Positions 49,878 through 59,434 of a DNA stretch of 64,000 nucleotides are shown here, piece after piece. The notes beneath the pieces are model-generated. The model searched no databases. It had not been told where the DNA came from and saw only the letters and a list, made by a program, of their open reading frames with translations. The stretch comes from a virus. The translations under genes were made by a program, and so were the position numbers. The stretch is taken from positions 11,643-75,642 of the IMG/VR virus record IMGVR_UViG_3300027499_000005. One strand, 5' to 3'. The stretch's first letter is position 1, and each line of letters opens with the position of its first letter.

Positions 49878-50779
49878 GTAGAGTATTGGTAACAGGCGCG
49901 GCAGGATTTATTGGTTCAAACTTAGTAGATAGACTAATAAAAGACGGGCATAGCGTAGTAGCTGTGGATAACGAGTCATCTGAGGCTCATGAAACGTTTT
50001 ACTGGAACGAGCTAGCAGAGAATCATAAACTGGATATTTGTGATTATGACAATATTCTACCATTATTTGAAGGTGTAAATGTTGTTTTCCATTTAGCTGC
50101 GGAATCGAGGATACAGCCAGCAATAAATAATCCGCTATTCGCCGTAAGGGTGAATACTCTTGGAACTTGTAACGTCTTACAAGCCGCCCGAGAGCAGAGG
50201 GTAAAGAGAGTTGTCTATTCTTCCACATCTGCTGCTTACGGGCTTAGTAACAATATTCCTTATCGTGAAGATATGCCAAAAGATTGTTTGAATCCTTATT
50301 CCGTATCTAAAACAGCGGGCGAAGAGTTGTGTAAAATGTATTATACGCTATTCGGACTAGAGACTGTATCCTTCAGATACTTCAACGTTTATGGGAATAG
50401 GCAACCGACGAAAGGACAATACGCTCCAGTAATCGGATTATTCTTGAAACAAGTTGCAGAAGGAAAGAGCATGACAATAGTTGGAGATGGACTTCAAAGA
50501 AGAGATTTTACACATGTAGACGATGTAGTAGAAGCTAATATTAAGGCAGCGTTCTTACAGAATAAGGCAATACTAGGCAACCTGTTTAATATCGGTACTG
50601 GTAAGAACTATTCAATCGTTGAAATAGCTAAAATGATTGGTGGCGAAGTTGAATATATCCCTCCTAGACTCGGGGAGGCTAGAAATAGTCTATGCGACAA
50701 TACAAAAGCAAAAGATTTACTTGGATGGAATCCAACAGTGACTCTAGATACATGGATCGAGGCAAACAAGAATGCATAG
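49874..50779 (+). CDS. NAD-dependent nucleotide-sugar epimerase/dehydratase (extended SDR)
   Basis: [41 protein letters not shown]. Confidence 0.9.
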   Translation: MSRVLVTGAAGFIGSNLVDRLIKDGHSVVAVDNESSEAHETFYWNELAENHKLDICDYDNILPLFEGVNVVFHLAAESRIQPAINNPLFAVRVNTLGTCNVLQAAREQRVKRVVYSSTSAAYGLSNNIPYREDMPKDCLNPYSVSKTAGEELCKMYYTLFGLETVSFRYFNVYGNRQPTKGQYAPVIGLFLKQVAEGKSMTIVGDGLQRRDFTHVDDVVEANIKAAFLQNKAILGNLFNIGTGKNYSIVEIAKMIGGEVEYIPPRLGEARNSLCDNTKAKDLLGWNPTVTLDTWIEANKNA

Positions 50780-51629
50780 AGTAGGAATAGTCGGTAACGG
50801 GTTTGTGGGAAATGCGGTGTATCAGAACTTCAAAGATTCTTTCGAAACAAGTGTCTACGATGCATCGCCCGCAAGAACATACAACTCTCTTGGACAAGTA
50901 TTACAAAGCGATTTCGTTTTTGTTTGCTTGCCAACTCCAATGGTAAGTCCACAAGGTGGTGGCTGTGATCTAACAATACTAATGGATTTCTTTAATAATC
51001 TTCCAAATAATCTAAAGTGCTTATTTATTATAAAGTCTACTGTTCCAATCGGAACAACGAAATCGATATCCGCCAACAGGCCAGATCTGAAGATCGTCCA
51101 CAGTCCAGAGTTTTTAACTGCAAAAAATGCTGTTAATGATTTTGCAAATCCTAGCAGGAATGTAGTGGGTGGTCCCATCGAGCTTGCCACGACGGTGAAA
51201 GAGCTATACCAGCAAAAGTACGGGGTCCAGATCCCTATCTTGTTGACTTCTTCTGACGAATCTGAAGCGATAAAGTATTTCTCAAATAGCTTTTTAGCTC
51301 TCAAAGTCAGTTACTTCAACGTTTTATTCCAGCTAGCTGATAAGATGGGATTTGATTATCGTACTGTAGTCTCTGGGATAATCTCCGATCCAAGGATCGG
51401 TTCATCCCATACAAGTGTCCCCGGTCCAGATGGTTTTCTGGGCTATGGAGGAACTTGCTTCCCTAAAGATATCAACTCTTTGATATCTACTTTAAACAGT
51501 CACAATGTTAACTGTTCTATTTTAGAACAATCGTGGGAATACAATAAAGAAATAAGAGAAATGTGGGATTGGGCTTCCAATCCTTCGGCTGTGTCACAAA
51601 CACTTAGTGTTCAAAATACAAAGGAGTAA
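50772..51629 (+). CDS. UDP-glucose/GDP-mannose dehydrogenase-like, lacking the C-terminal domain
   Basis: GNGFVG, CLPTP, IKSTVP, SPEFL, KYFSNSFLALK, GYGGTCFPKD; only 285 aa. Confidence 0.85.
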   Translation: MHRVGIVGNGFVGNAVYQNFKDSFETSVYDASPARTYNSLGQVLQSDFVFVCLPTPMVSPQGGGCDLTILMDFFNNLPNNLKCLFIIKSTVPIGTTKSISANRPDLKIVHSPEFLTAKNAVNDFANPSRNVVGGPIELATTVKELYQQKYGVQIPILLTSSDESEAIKYFSNSFLALKVSYFNVLFQLADKMGFDYRTVVSGIISDPRIGSSHTSVPGPDGFLGYGGTCFPKDINSLISTLNSHNVNCSILEQSWEYNKEIREMWDWASNPSAVSQTLSVQNTKE

Positions 51630-51633
51630 TAAA

Positions 51634-51831
51634 ATGAGTGAGATGAGTCTAACCGATCAAGCAATCGGTGCATTAATGATGGCATTGCAAAAATCATTAC
51701 TTGAACAAAGCGACATCGTTCCAGTTCTTAAAGGGTTTCGATTCAAGATGTCCGAAGACGGATTGATAGTTATGAATCCGCCAATCGTAAAGTTTGATGA
51801 AGACTCTTTTGGCGAAGAACTAGAAGACTGA
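51634..51831 (+). CDS. small hypothetical protein
   Basis: AAGGAG RBS; MSEMSLTDQAIGALMMALQK. Confidence 0.75.
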   Translation: MSEMSLTDQAIGALMMALQKSLLEQSDIVPVLKGFRFKMSEDGLIVMNPPIVKFDEDSFGEELED

Positions 51832-51833
51832 TC

Positions 51834-52097
51834 ATGCCGAGGTATGATTATCTCTGCCAAAAATGCGATAAGTCGCTGACTCTGGTACATGGTATATCAG
51901 AGTCAGTTGACTGTTGCGATTGTGGCCAGAACGGTAAGCTAGAAAGGCAACTATCAGATTTATTTTGCAAAAGTTCTAAATCTTCCTTGTCAAAACCAGG
52001 CCAGCTTGTTATAGAGTATATAGAACAAACCAAGAGAGACCTCATAGAAGAAAAGAGGTCTTTGGCCAAGGAGTACAAAGATGATAGTCGAGATTAA
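51834..52097 (+). CDS. FmdB-like zinc-ribbon protein
   Basis: MPRYDYLCQKC...CDCG. Confidence 0.75.
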   Translation: MPRYDYLCQKCDKSLTLVHGISESVDCCDCGQNGKLERQLSDLFCKSSKSSLSKPGQLVIEYIEQTKRDLIEEKRSLAKEYKDDSRD

Positions 52098-52482
52098 TGG
52101 TTGGACAATAGCTTTTCTGCTATCACTAGCCATTATGGTTGGGCTTGTCGCTTACATCCGTTTCTTACTAAAGAACATCAACTTTGTATCAAAAAACATT
52201 ACTGAACTAAACAATGAAGCAGTAAGTTTCACTTCGCACTTAAAGAGTCTTTATGAACTAGAGAGTTTTTATGGCGACGAAACACTTGGTGGTTTGTTAG
52301 AGCATGGTATGTATTTTACATCGAAGATCGAGCAGTTCTCAGAAATCATGGATTTGACAAACGAGCCGTTGCAAGATCTTCCCGACGAACAAGAGGAAGA
52401 CGATGAAGAAACAGAGAATGAGCCGCAGTTCAAAGCCAACCAAGAAGTATTTTACGCAGGATCACGAAGACGCGATTCTTAA
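52081..52482 (+). CDS. membrane-anchored hypothetical protein
   Basis: N-terminal TM helix followed by a coiled/acidic region. Confidence 0.65.
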   Translation: MIVEINGWTIAFLLSLAIMVGLVAYIRFLLKNINFVSKNITELNNEAVSFTSHLKSLYELESFYGDETLGGLLEHGMYFTSKIEQFSEIMDLTNEPLQDLPDEQEEDDEETENEPQFKANQEVFYAGSRRRDS

Positions 52483-53101
52483 GTATGTCGCGACAAACGA
52501 CAAAAGAATAAGAACGGAACTATACAGTAAGTTGATCGGCCCCGCGTTCGATGAAATGGTCGATAAGATTGTTTTCACTTACAAGTTCACTACACTTCCA
52601 AATATTGATTATTTGCGTGATGAATGCAAGATCTGGCTCATTACCATCCTTGATAAATATGATGTAAGCCAAGGTTCAAAAGCCTTCTCGTATTTTTCAG
52701 TCATCACTAAGAACTGGTTTATCCACAAGGTCAAGAGAAAGTCTAAGAAGAATCAGACTGAACTTGACATTCAAGAAATGCCAAAAGATTTAGAGCTTCG
52801 GTATCTATCAGAGGATAACCCATACGAAAATATTAGAGAGCATAACGAGCTTATTGATAATCTTCGTGCCAACATGATTGATTGGATGGAAGAGTCTGAT
52901 AAGCCGAACGATGAAAAGGTAATAAAGGCTATTCAAGTACTTTTCGAATCAGCCCATGAAATCGAGATTTTTAATAAGAAAGCTATTTACTTATATCTAA
53001 GAGAGATTACCGGTCTTAATACAAAACAGATCGTATCTTGTCTTAAGAGATTGAAAGTAAACTATCAAGAGTTTCGAAAGGATTGGGACCAAGAACTATG
53101 A
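52403..53101 (+). CDS. phage sigma factor (gp55-like late sigma)
   Basis: LDKYDVSQGSKAFSYFSVITKNWF resembles sigma region 2.3-2.4; C-terminal AIYLYLREITGL; start could be 52418. Confidence 0.65.
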   Translation: MKKQRMSRSSKPTKKYFTQDHEDAILKYVATNDKRIRTELYSKLIGPAFDEMVDKIVFTYKFTTLPNIDYLRDECKIWLITILDKYDVSQGSKAFSYFSVITKNWFIHKVKRKSKKNQTELDIQEMPKDLELRYLSEDNPYENIREHNELIDNLRANMIDWMEESDKPNDEKVIKAIQVLFESAHEIEIFNKKAIYLYLREITGLNTKQIVSCLKRLKVNYQEFRKDWDQEL

Positions 53102-53391
53102 GTAATGAAGTAGACAAACACATAGCTAGTGCCATTAAGAACATCGAAGATGATAGAGAAGTTACGAGAGAGCTTCTAGACGATGTAATGCGTCTTTTGG
53201 CGAAAGATGAAGAGAACCACAAGTTTGCCGGTTCCGTTGCAGCAAAGTATGTTGAAACACTACAACGTTCGAACGAGCAGCTTGTGAAGATCGCTATGAT
53301 ACTCCAGAAACGCGAAACAGCCGCTGCTGATATTACTGAGTTAGACAAGGACAAGATTTTCGACCTCTTGCAGAATGACGGAGGAAACTGA
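53098..53391 (+). CDS. hypothetical coiled-coil protein
   Basis: Coupled to the sigma gene by an ATGA-type overlap. Confidence 0.7.
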   Translation: MSNEVDKHIASAIKNIEDDREVTRELLDDVMRLLAKDEENHKFAGSVAAKYVETLQRSNEQLVKIAMILQKRETAAADITELDKDKIFDLLQNDGGN

Positions 53392-53393
53392 TA

Positions 53394-54731
53394 TTGGCCC
53401 AACCAGTACAACCGTCTGGATCTGCTAAGCTCCCAAACGATGTATTCGTAGTCGCTAATCAGAAAGAAAATAACGTTATTCACGATTATGCTGCTCAATC
53501 GATCAATCCAATGTCATCGATTAAGCAAGCATATCGTGATTCTTTATTTTCAAGCACAAAAACAGAAGTAAACGAGAGATTGGCAGAAGTAATGGCCGTA
53601 GATATGACAGTGAAGGTGCCGAGTGATTTGAACTATTTCGGCAACTCCTCTATCGCAACTGAATACGGTAACAGAGATTGGATTTCTGTTGTTTGTAGAG
53701 TAATGGATCTTCATAGTGGCATACCAGATCCAGAACAAATAGTAATCGATGGAACAACTACTCAAACTTTTGGTGATATCACAAAGCTGAGATCTAGCAT
53801 AGGCAAGTTCTACGCCCCAGCAGATGATATCCGAGCAAAGGGAGCTACTAATATTGAAGTTGGAGATTGGCTTATAGTTGAGTTTCAAGATAAAACAACA
53901 ATGTCAAATGGCATTATAAAAGACGTTTATTTCAAGAAAGATAAGTCAACTTGGGGTTCATCTGGCGGAGGTTTTTCTGCTGGTAGCTCATTTGACGGTG
54001 CTTATCCTAATCTTCCGGCGGAATCAGCAAATCTTGATAATCCTCCATTAAATCAAGAGTTTTGGACTCTATTAACCATTTGTTTTGCTGAAGGTGGCGC
54101 TAGCGACCAAGGAATGGCAGATGTAGCACAATCAATATACAATCGATATTATATAGCAAATACCTATAATGGTTATTATTCTAAGAGTATTACTAAGAAT
54201 GTCGCAGGCGGCAAAAACTACGAGCCAACTTATAAAAACCAAGCTGATTGGCAAAGAATAACAGATGAAGCTTCCGCTATAAGAGCATTCAGAGGATATA
54301 AACCGTCTTATTCGCAACAGCAGATACAGAATGGACTAAAACGAGCTTTAGCTGCTATTAGGGATCCTGTTTTACAAGAAAACGCGGCTCTGCATGTTCA
54401 GATTAGACCAGACTTTTTGGCTGGCAAACCCGATCAGGATGTTGGTGGTGTATATCAAGTGGAGAGGGCATCACCATTATATAAGGATCATAATAACTTC
54501 CATATTCGAAAAGACAACCAAGCTATGGGAAAACTTCTTCTGAATGGTTCGCTACGGCCAGCAGCGTCGATTCCAGAACATATACGTCCTTTTATCGAAG
54601 GGAACGAACTACCTACGAGCCAGCCGCTGGAAACGGCACCCACAGAACTTCCAACCTCACCAGTATCTCCTCTGCAAAGTCCGGTAGCAACTTCAGAAGC
54701 ACCAACAGATTTTGGTACATCGGAGATTTAA
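53394..54731 (+). CDS. baseplate protein: gp5-OB-like N-domain + SleB-like cell wall hydrolase
   Basis: IEVGDWLIVEFQD; TICFAEGG...GMADVAQSIYNR (Hydrolase_2 pattern with the catalytic Glu); TTG start, GGAGG RBS. Confidence 0.7.
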   Translation: MAQPVQPSGSAKLPNDVFVVANQKENNVIHDYAAQSINPMSSIKQAYRDSLFSSTKTEVNERLAEVMAVDMTVKVPSDLNYFGNSSIATEYGNRDWISVVCRVMDLHSGIPDPEQIVIDGTTTQTFGDITKLRSSIGKFYAPADDIRAKGATNIEVGDWLIVEFQDKTTMSNGIIKDVYFKKDKSTWGSSGGGFSAGSSFDGAYPNLPAESANLDNPPLNQEFWTLLTICFAEGGASDQGMADVAQSIYNRYYIANTYNGYYSKSITKNVAGGKNYEPTYKNQADWQRITDEASAIRAFRGYKPSYSQQQIQNGLKRALAAIRDPVLQENAALHVQIRPDFLAGKPDQDVGGVYQVERASPLYKDHNNFHIRKDNQAMGKLLLNGSLRPAASIPEHIRPFIEGNELPTSQPLETAPTELPTSPVSPLQSPVATSEAPTDFGTSEI

Positions 54732-54732
54732 A

Positions 54733-55914
54733 GTGGCATCTCCGAATAATAAGTTACCAAATGATACGTTTGTTCCGGTAAGTCAGAAAGAGAATATATC
54801 GTTACCGAACTATGAAGCCCAAGTTATCGACCCGTTCAGTACTATGAACGAAGCGGTAAGACATAGATTATTTGGTTCGAAGGGTACGGAAATAAAAGAA
54901 AGATTCGTGGAAGTCTTATCGGTGGATAATGACGTAAAGCTTCCCGCGCAGTTAAGCTATTTCTCAAGCGCAAATATCTTAACAGAATATGGAAATAGAA
55001 CTTTTGTTTGTGTTATAGCTAGAATCAACGACGCCGATGCCGGTGTCCCAGATCCAGAACTTCTGATAGACGATACAAGCGGTGCTACTTCTTTAGGCTT
55101 TAGAGATATCACTAGACTTAGAGGACATATTGGTAAGTTTTATGCTCCAAAGGAAGACTTAGACGGTAAATCAGTTGGGAATATAGAAGTTGGAGACTGG
55201 CTTGTAGTAGAGTTTCAAGACAAAACCAACTTTCAAAGTGGAATAATAAAAGAAGTATATATCAAGAAAGATGTAAGCACTTATGTTAGAAGAAGTTACG
55301 GAGGAAATAGAGCTACTGGGACTTTCGCAAATGGAGGGGTAGTTCCTACCGGTCCATTAAATACGACAGGTGATATTATCTTTGTTGGTGGTTCTATGAG
55401 TCCTTTGGTAGCTTCTAAGATTGGCGCGCCGACAACAGCGTATAGACATCAGTTGTATAAGGATGGCAGCGGATTAGCAAGATTAAACGAAGTACTTCCT
55501 CGGGCTACACCATCTGAAACGATTAGCAAGGTCATAATAAACGTCGGTGGTAACGATGGATTTGCAGTTAACCACGATGGAATAAAACTACTACATGAGA
55601 ACCTTAGAAGAGCATTCCCAGCGGCCCCACAGTTTTATGTTATGAGATCTCCTTTACACTTGGGAAACCTAAAGTATAGAACAAATCAAGAGGTACCGAA
55701 CGGATATTACACCAATAGTGGACAGTTTTCTGGATTTAGCCCGCCTTTTTATATTCTCTCGCCGGTCATAATACCACCAGAAGGCACCGGTCCTAATGCA
55801 CACGCTGGTCACGCTAACACATGGTCTTGGCCGGGATCTGATCAGCTTTTGGCTGTGTGTAAAAAGATACTGGATGGAACGACACTAGCCCCAGAAGACT
55901 ACTCAATACCATAA
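54733..55914 (+). CDS. baseplate protein: paralogous N-domain + SGNH-like hydrolase
   Basis: The N-terminal ~180 aa align with the previous gene; IIFVGGSM, VIINVGGNDG, distal His; GTG start. Confidence 0.65.
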   Translation: MASPNNKLPNDTFVPVSQKENISLPNYEAQVIDPFSTMNEAVRHRLFGSKGTEIKERFVEVLSVDNDVKLPAQLSYFSSANILTEYGNRTFVCVIARINDADAGVPDPELLIDDTSGATSLGFRDITRLRGHIGKFYAPKEDLDGKSVGNIEVGDWLVVEFQDKTNFQSGIIKEVYIKKDVSTYVRRSYGGNRATGTFANGGVVPTGPLNTTGDIIFVGGSMSPLVASKIGAPTTAYRHQLYKDGSGLARLNEVLPRATPSETISKVIINVGGNDGFAVNHDGIKLLHENLRRAFPAAPQFYVMRSPLHLGNLKYRTNQEVPNGYYTNSGQFSGFSPPFYILSPVIIPPEGTGPNAHAGHANTWSWPGSDQLLAVCKKILDGTTLAPEDYSIP

Positions 55915-55930
55915 CAAACTTTTGTTATTT

Positions 55931-55938
55931 CTATTTAT
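55931..55938 (+). promoter_or_regulatory. putative late promoter CTATTTAT
   Basis: 17 nt before ATG 55956. Confidence 0.65.
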
Positions 55939-55955
55939 AATGAGAAGGAACATAC

Positions 55956-56981
55956 ATGTTCGAAAATGATTCATTTAAGTCTGCCCGCGCCGACGACAAT
56001 CCTTTAGATTACATACCAAAATCTAAAGGCGGTATTCGATTACTCGACGCATCCAGAAAACTGTCAGATCCCAACTATAGACCAGAACAGAGTCAGTTGT
56101 TCATTGGCAATCAGTTGCAATCTGATAGAATATTTAAAGGTGGTCTTAATGGTGACTCACTTCCAGAGAATGTGCCAGAACATAATGCTGCTGATTACGA
56201 GAAAGTATTAGCTAGTAAGAACAACTCTGCTATCATTATTGGTCGTGATAGACCTAGCAGCAAATCAAGCGGATATGGTAATATTGGCGCAACCGGAGCC
56301 GGTTCGATTTACCTCAAGGCCGGTATGGCATTCCCTCCAAAGAGTCGCGGTAAAGAGCAGATATATGCTGATAACAACCTTAAGACAGATGCAGCAGGTA
56401 TCTATATCTCTCAACTAACAGATATCGATAATAACTATGAACTAGCCAGAGGTTCAATGAGTCTCCGTGCTAGATCTGGTATTGGTCTGAAAGCTGACGG
56501 AATCAGAATCATTGGTCGTGAAAACATAAAGCTTGTAACTGGCCCATTTGTTAAAGAACAAAACACTTTGGGAGGTAAGAATATCTCTTATTACGGTATT
56601 GATATTATTGCGGGTAATGATGATTCAGAACTGCAACCTATGGCATTGGGGGATAATGTCGCAGATTGTATTGGAGAGTTGGTTACGATTATAACAAATC
56701 TATCTGCCATGATTGATCAGATGATAATCGCTCAAGATGCATTTGAAAAGTCTCTATCTAGTCACGAACATCCACTATCAGTCACCGCCGATGGAGTACC
56801 ATTAAAGATACAACAAGATCCAGTCGTAAAAACAGCAAAAGCCACAAAAGCTGCTAGAATGACAGAAAAAGTCAATACGAAACTCTTAGAATGGAGATCT
56901 GATATCGCTGATTTTAGAAGTAGATATCTATTTGATAAGGGCGAAAAATCCATAAGAAGTCGCCACAACAGGGTAAACTAA
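55956..56981 (+). CDS. gp5/VgrG-like baseplate spike (beta-helix) protein
   Basis: Short beta-strand repeats (AIIIGRD, SIYLKAG, GIYISQ, GIGLKADGIRIIGRENIKL) and a distal SHEHP (HxH). Confidence 0.6.
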   Translation: MFENDSFKSARADDNPLDYIPKSKGGIRLLDASRKLSDPNYRPEQSQLFIGNQLQSDRIFKGGLNGDSLPENVPEHNAADYEKVLASKNNSAIIIGRDRPSSKSSGYGNIGATGAGSIYLKAGMAFPPKSRGKEQIYADNNLKTDAAGIYISQLTDIDNNYELARGSMSLRARSGIGLKADGIRIIGRENIKLVTGPFVKEQNTLGGKNISYYGIDIIAGNDDSELQPMALGDNVADCIGELVTIITNLSAMIDQMIIAQDAFEKSLSSHEHPLSVTADGVPLKIQQDPVVKTAKATKAARMTEKVNTKLLEWRSDIADFRSRYLFDKGEKSIRSRHNRVN

Positions 56982-59407
56982 TGGCATACATACCTCCAGA
57001 CATTTCGCTAATCCAACGTAACACTCCCGAATCTGTTACTTATGTCCCTAATGACGGAACTTACAATGACAACTACGATCCCAAAGTGGCACAGCAAGGC
57101 GAAAGCCCATTTGGCGTTGAGCTAGTCGTTGGTACTCCAAATAGTAACTGTTATGGACTTTATGCCGAACCATTTAACGAATGTGCAAACTTTTTATCGA
57201 TTCTCCAAAAGGATGAAAGAATCGTTGCTTACTATAATCTTATTGTTGGAAATCTAACTGGTCAAAACATTTCGTTGCCGTTTGTAGAAGGTGTTAATCG
57301 CTCAATATTCAATGAAGCAGCTAGTCTGAAACCGGTTGGAAATAAGTTTATAGACTCGATCATGGGGCATGTTTCGCCTAATCCATATTGGATTGATTTA
57401 GAAGGTAACACGATAGGTCCGACTGAAGATGCATTTTTTGACCCATCAGTCGATAGGACCGGATGGACTTATTCTGGTGATGCTCCTAGTTCTATTGATT
57501 CTTTGATTCAAAATACTTACAAAGAAACTTTAGATATCATTGCACAAGCGATAAATCCATATAGAATCTTTGATATAACAGGCCAGATATATGAAGGTGG
57601 ATGTCGCGAAATCAACGGTCTTCCTTTTACACTACAGCTAAGCAATGGATTCGCTTCTAGTATTGGATGGGTACTTGCTGTTGCTGAATACGGACCAGAT
57701 GCTATTCGAAGAAACGAATATCGTGGCGATTACGTCAGATATCAGGGGCAAGATGTACCAACTAGCTTGATAGAAGAAGCTACCTTTTACAATATGTGCT
57801 TACAAGCAAAAGAGTGTATTAAAGAATATCGTCAAAGCTACCCAGATTCCTACGAAGCCGATGTGGCTGCTTTAACAGACGATCAACTAGCTAGCTTGCA
57901 GGGAGTTCAGGAGTTCGATGCAGTAACTACAAAAGCAACTCTGAATCAAGCACTAGAGAGAATAAATCTTTGTTATTCATATGTGACTGATCGTAACTAC
58001 TATAATCAGCCAGTAGTTGGAGACAACGGGAAGTTAAATCAAGAAGTGCTATATAGAACTGCTATCTCCGTAGCGGCAATAAGAAATATTATTGTTGTAT
58101 TACTTGAATCTATAACTGGTGTTTCAACAGCCACAACTGTTGCAGAATACAATGATTATGTAAATCAGATACAACAAGATCTACAAGAAGAGTATGAAAG
58201 AAACTTAGCTGAAGCAGAAGCTAAAAGGCTAGCAAAAGCCGAAGCTATGGCGGAAAGATTGCTTGTTTGTAGAGAAGCAGACGCTGCTGTTGGAGACAAG
58301 TGCCGTGATGTACCTAATCCAACAAAAACATTCTTACAAGATTGGACGGTCAGAGACAGAACAAGTCCTTACTATGCACCTGAACTAAAGAAATATTTTA
58401 TTGTTTATGATGTGGTAACAAATAACTTTACTGATTTCCAAAAAAAGATAGATACCTATAAGTTACAAGCTTTTAATATACTGGATTCAACTTTTAAGTT
58501 CAATATTTTTAACTCTAATACTACTCAACAAGCAAAAGAAGAGAAAGCTATGCAAATCGTAAGGTTAGAGGAGAATGGACTCTATTTTGAGCCAAGATCA
58601 TTCAAACCTTCGAAGATACTTTTCAGCGTCAGCGAAAATGATTTAAGTTTAGAGCCTAAGAGCATTGAAGTTATACCACGTTTTACTGAGCAACCACCAA
58701 GTTCAGAGTATATTCGCTCTTATAGCATGACAATCAGAGACTTTTTCAGTTCTCTAGAAGCGTTCGAAAACATATTAAAGAAATATGTGTTTGACCATGC
58801 ACTTTGGAAAGTCACTTTTGGCAATGAAAATCCTTCAGTAACAAATCTGGCAATATCATCAAGTAAGATCTTCAATAAACTCAAGTTTGATATTCTGAAG
58901 CAAGACTCTAGAAACTTCCAGAAGTTTAGGCCCATATTCACAAAGCTACTTTCCAAGAATGGAATCTCGTTAGCAGATGATATTAGACTTAGCAAAAGCG
59001 GACAATATATGCTGGATGATAGGATAATGCTTGTATTTGCATTTGAGAATCCATCAGATGTTCAGGCTCCTACGACAGTAGAGGGGACTTCCGTTGTCGC
59101 ACCACAAGGCAGCAAACAAGTCGATCCAAAACAAATCAATACACAGACCAAACCGCCCACAAATAACTCTGGATCAGGTTTGGCAGATGGGTTGACAGCC
59201 GGTACAAAGATTAAAATGTACAGAGTCCAAGTAATGAACGGCTCTAGACCTCCATTAGATTTAATCTGGAAAAATCTAGATGGTTCTGGCTCAAATCTAG
59301 AAGGTTTAAACTCCCAAGATGTATTTATGCAAGAAGTGGTCATGAACTACTTGATGAACTTGGATGTTCTACTAGCACTTCTAAGACCAAACAAAAATGA
59401 TAGGTAA
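56981..59407 (+). CDS. large hypothetical (putative structural) protein, 808 aa
   Basis: Long ORF coupled to the spike-like gene; no recognised motif. Confidence 0.75.
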   Translation: MAYIPPDISLIQRNTPESVTYVPNDGTYNDNYDPKVAQQGESPFGVELVVGTPNSNCYGLYAEPFNECANFLSILQKDERIVAYYNLIVGNLTGQNISLPFVEGVNRSIFNEAASLKPVGNKFIDSIMGHVSPNPYWIDLEGNTIGPTEDAFFDPSVDRTGWTYSGDAPSSIDSLIQNTYKETLDIIAQAINPYRIFDITGQIYEGGCREINGLPFTLQLSNGFASSIGWVLAVAEYGPDAIRRNEYRGDYVRYQGQDVPTSLIEEATFYNMCLQAKECIKEYRQSYPDSYEADVAALTDDQLASLQGVQEFDAVTTKATLNQALERINLCYSYVTDRNYYNQPVVGDNGKLNQEVLYRTAISVAAIRNIIVVLLESITGVSTATTVAEYNDYVNQIQQDLQEEYERNLAEAEAKRLAKAEAMAERLLVCREADAAVGDKCRDVPNPTKTFLQDWTVRDRTSPYYAPELKKYFIVYDVVTNNFTDFQKKIDTYKLQAFNILDSTFKFNIFNSNTTQQAKEEKAMQIVRLEENGLYFEPRSFKPSKILFSVSENDLSLEPKSIEVIPRFTEQPPSSEYIRSYSMTIRDFFSSLEAFENILKKYVFDHALWKVTFGNENPSVTNLAISSSKIFNKLKFDILKQDSRNFQKFRPIFTKLLSKNGISLADDIRLSKSGQYMLDDRIMLVFAFENPSDVQAPTTVEGTSVVAPQGSKQVDPKQINTQTKPPTNNSGSGLADGLTAGTKIKMYRVQVMNGSRPPLDLIWKNLDGSGSNLEGLNSQDVFMQEVVMNYLMNLDVLLALLRPNKNDR

Positions 59408-59434
59408 CAGCTATCTATAGTATAAGGAAATAAA

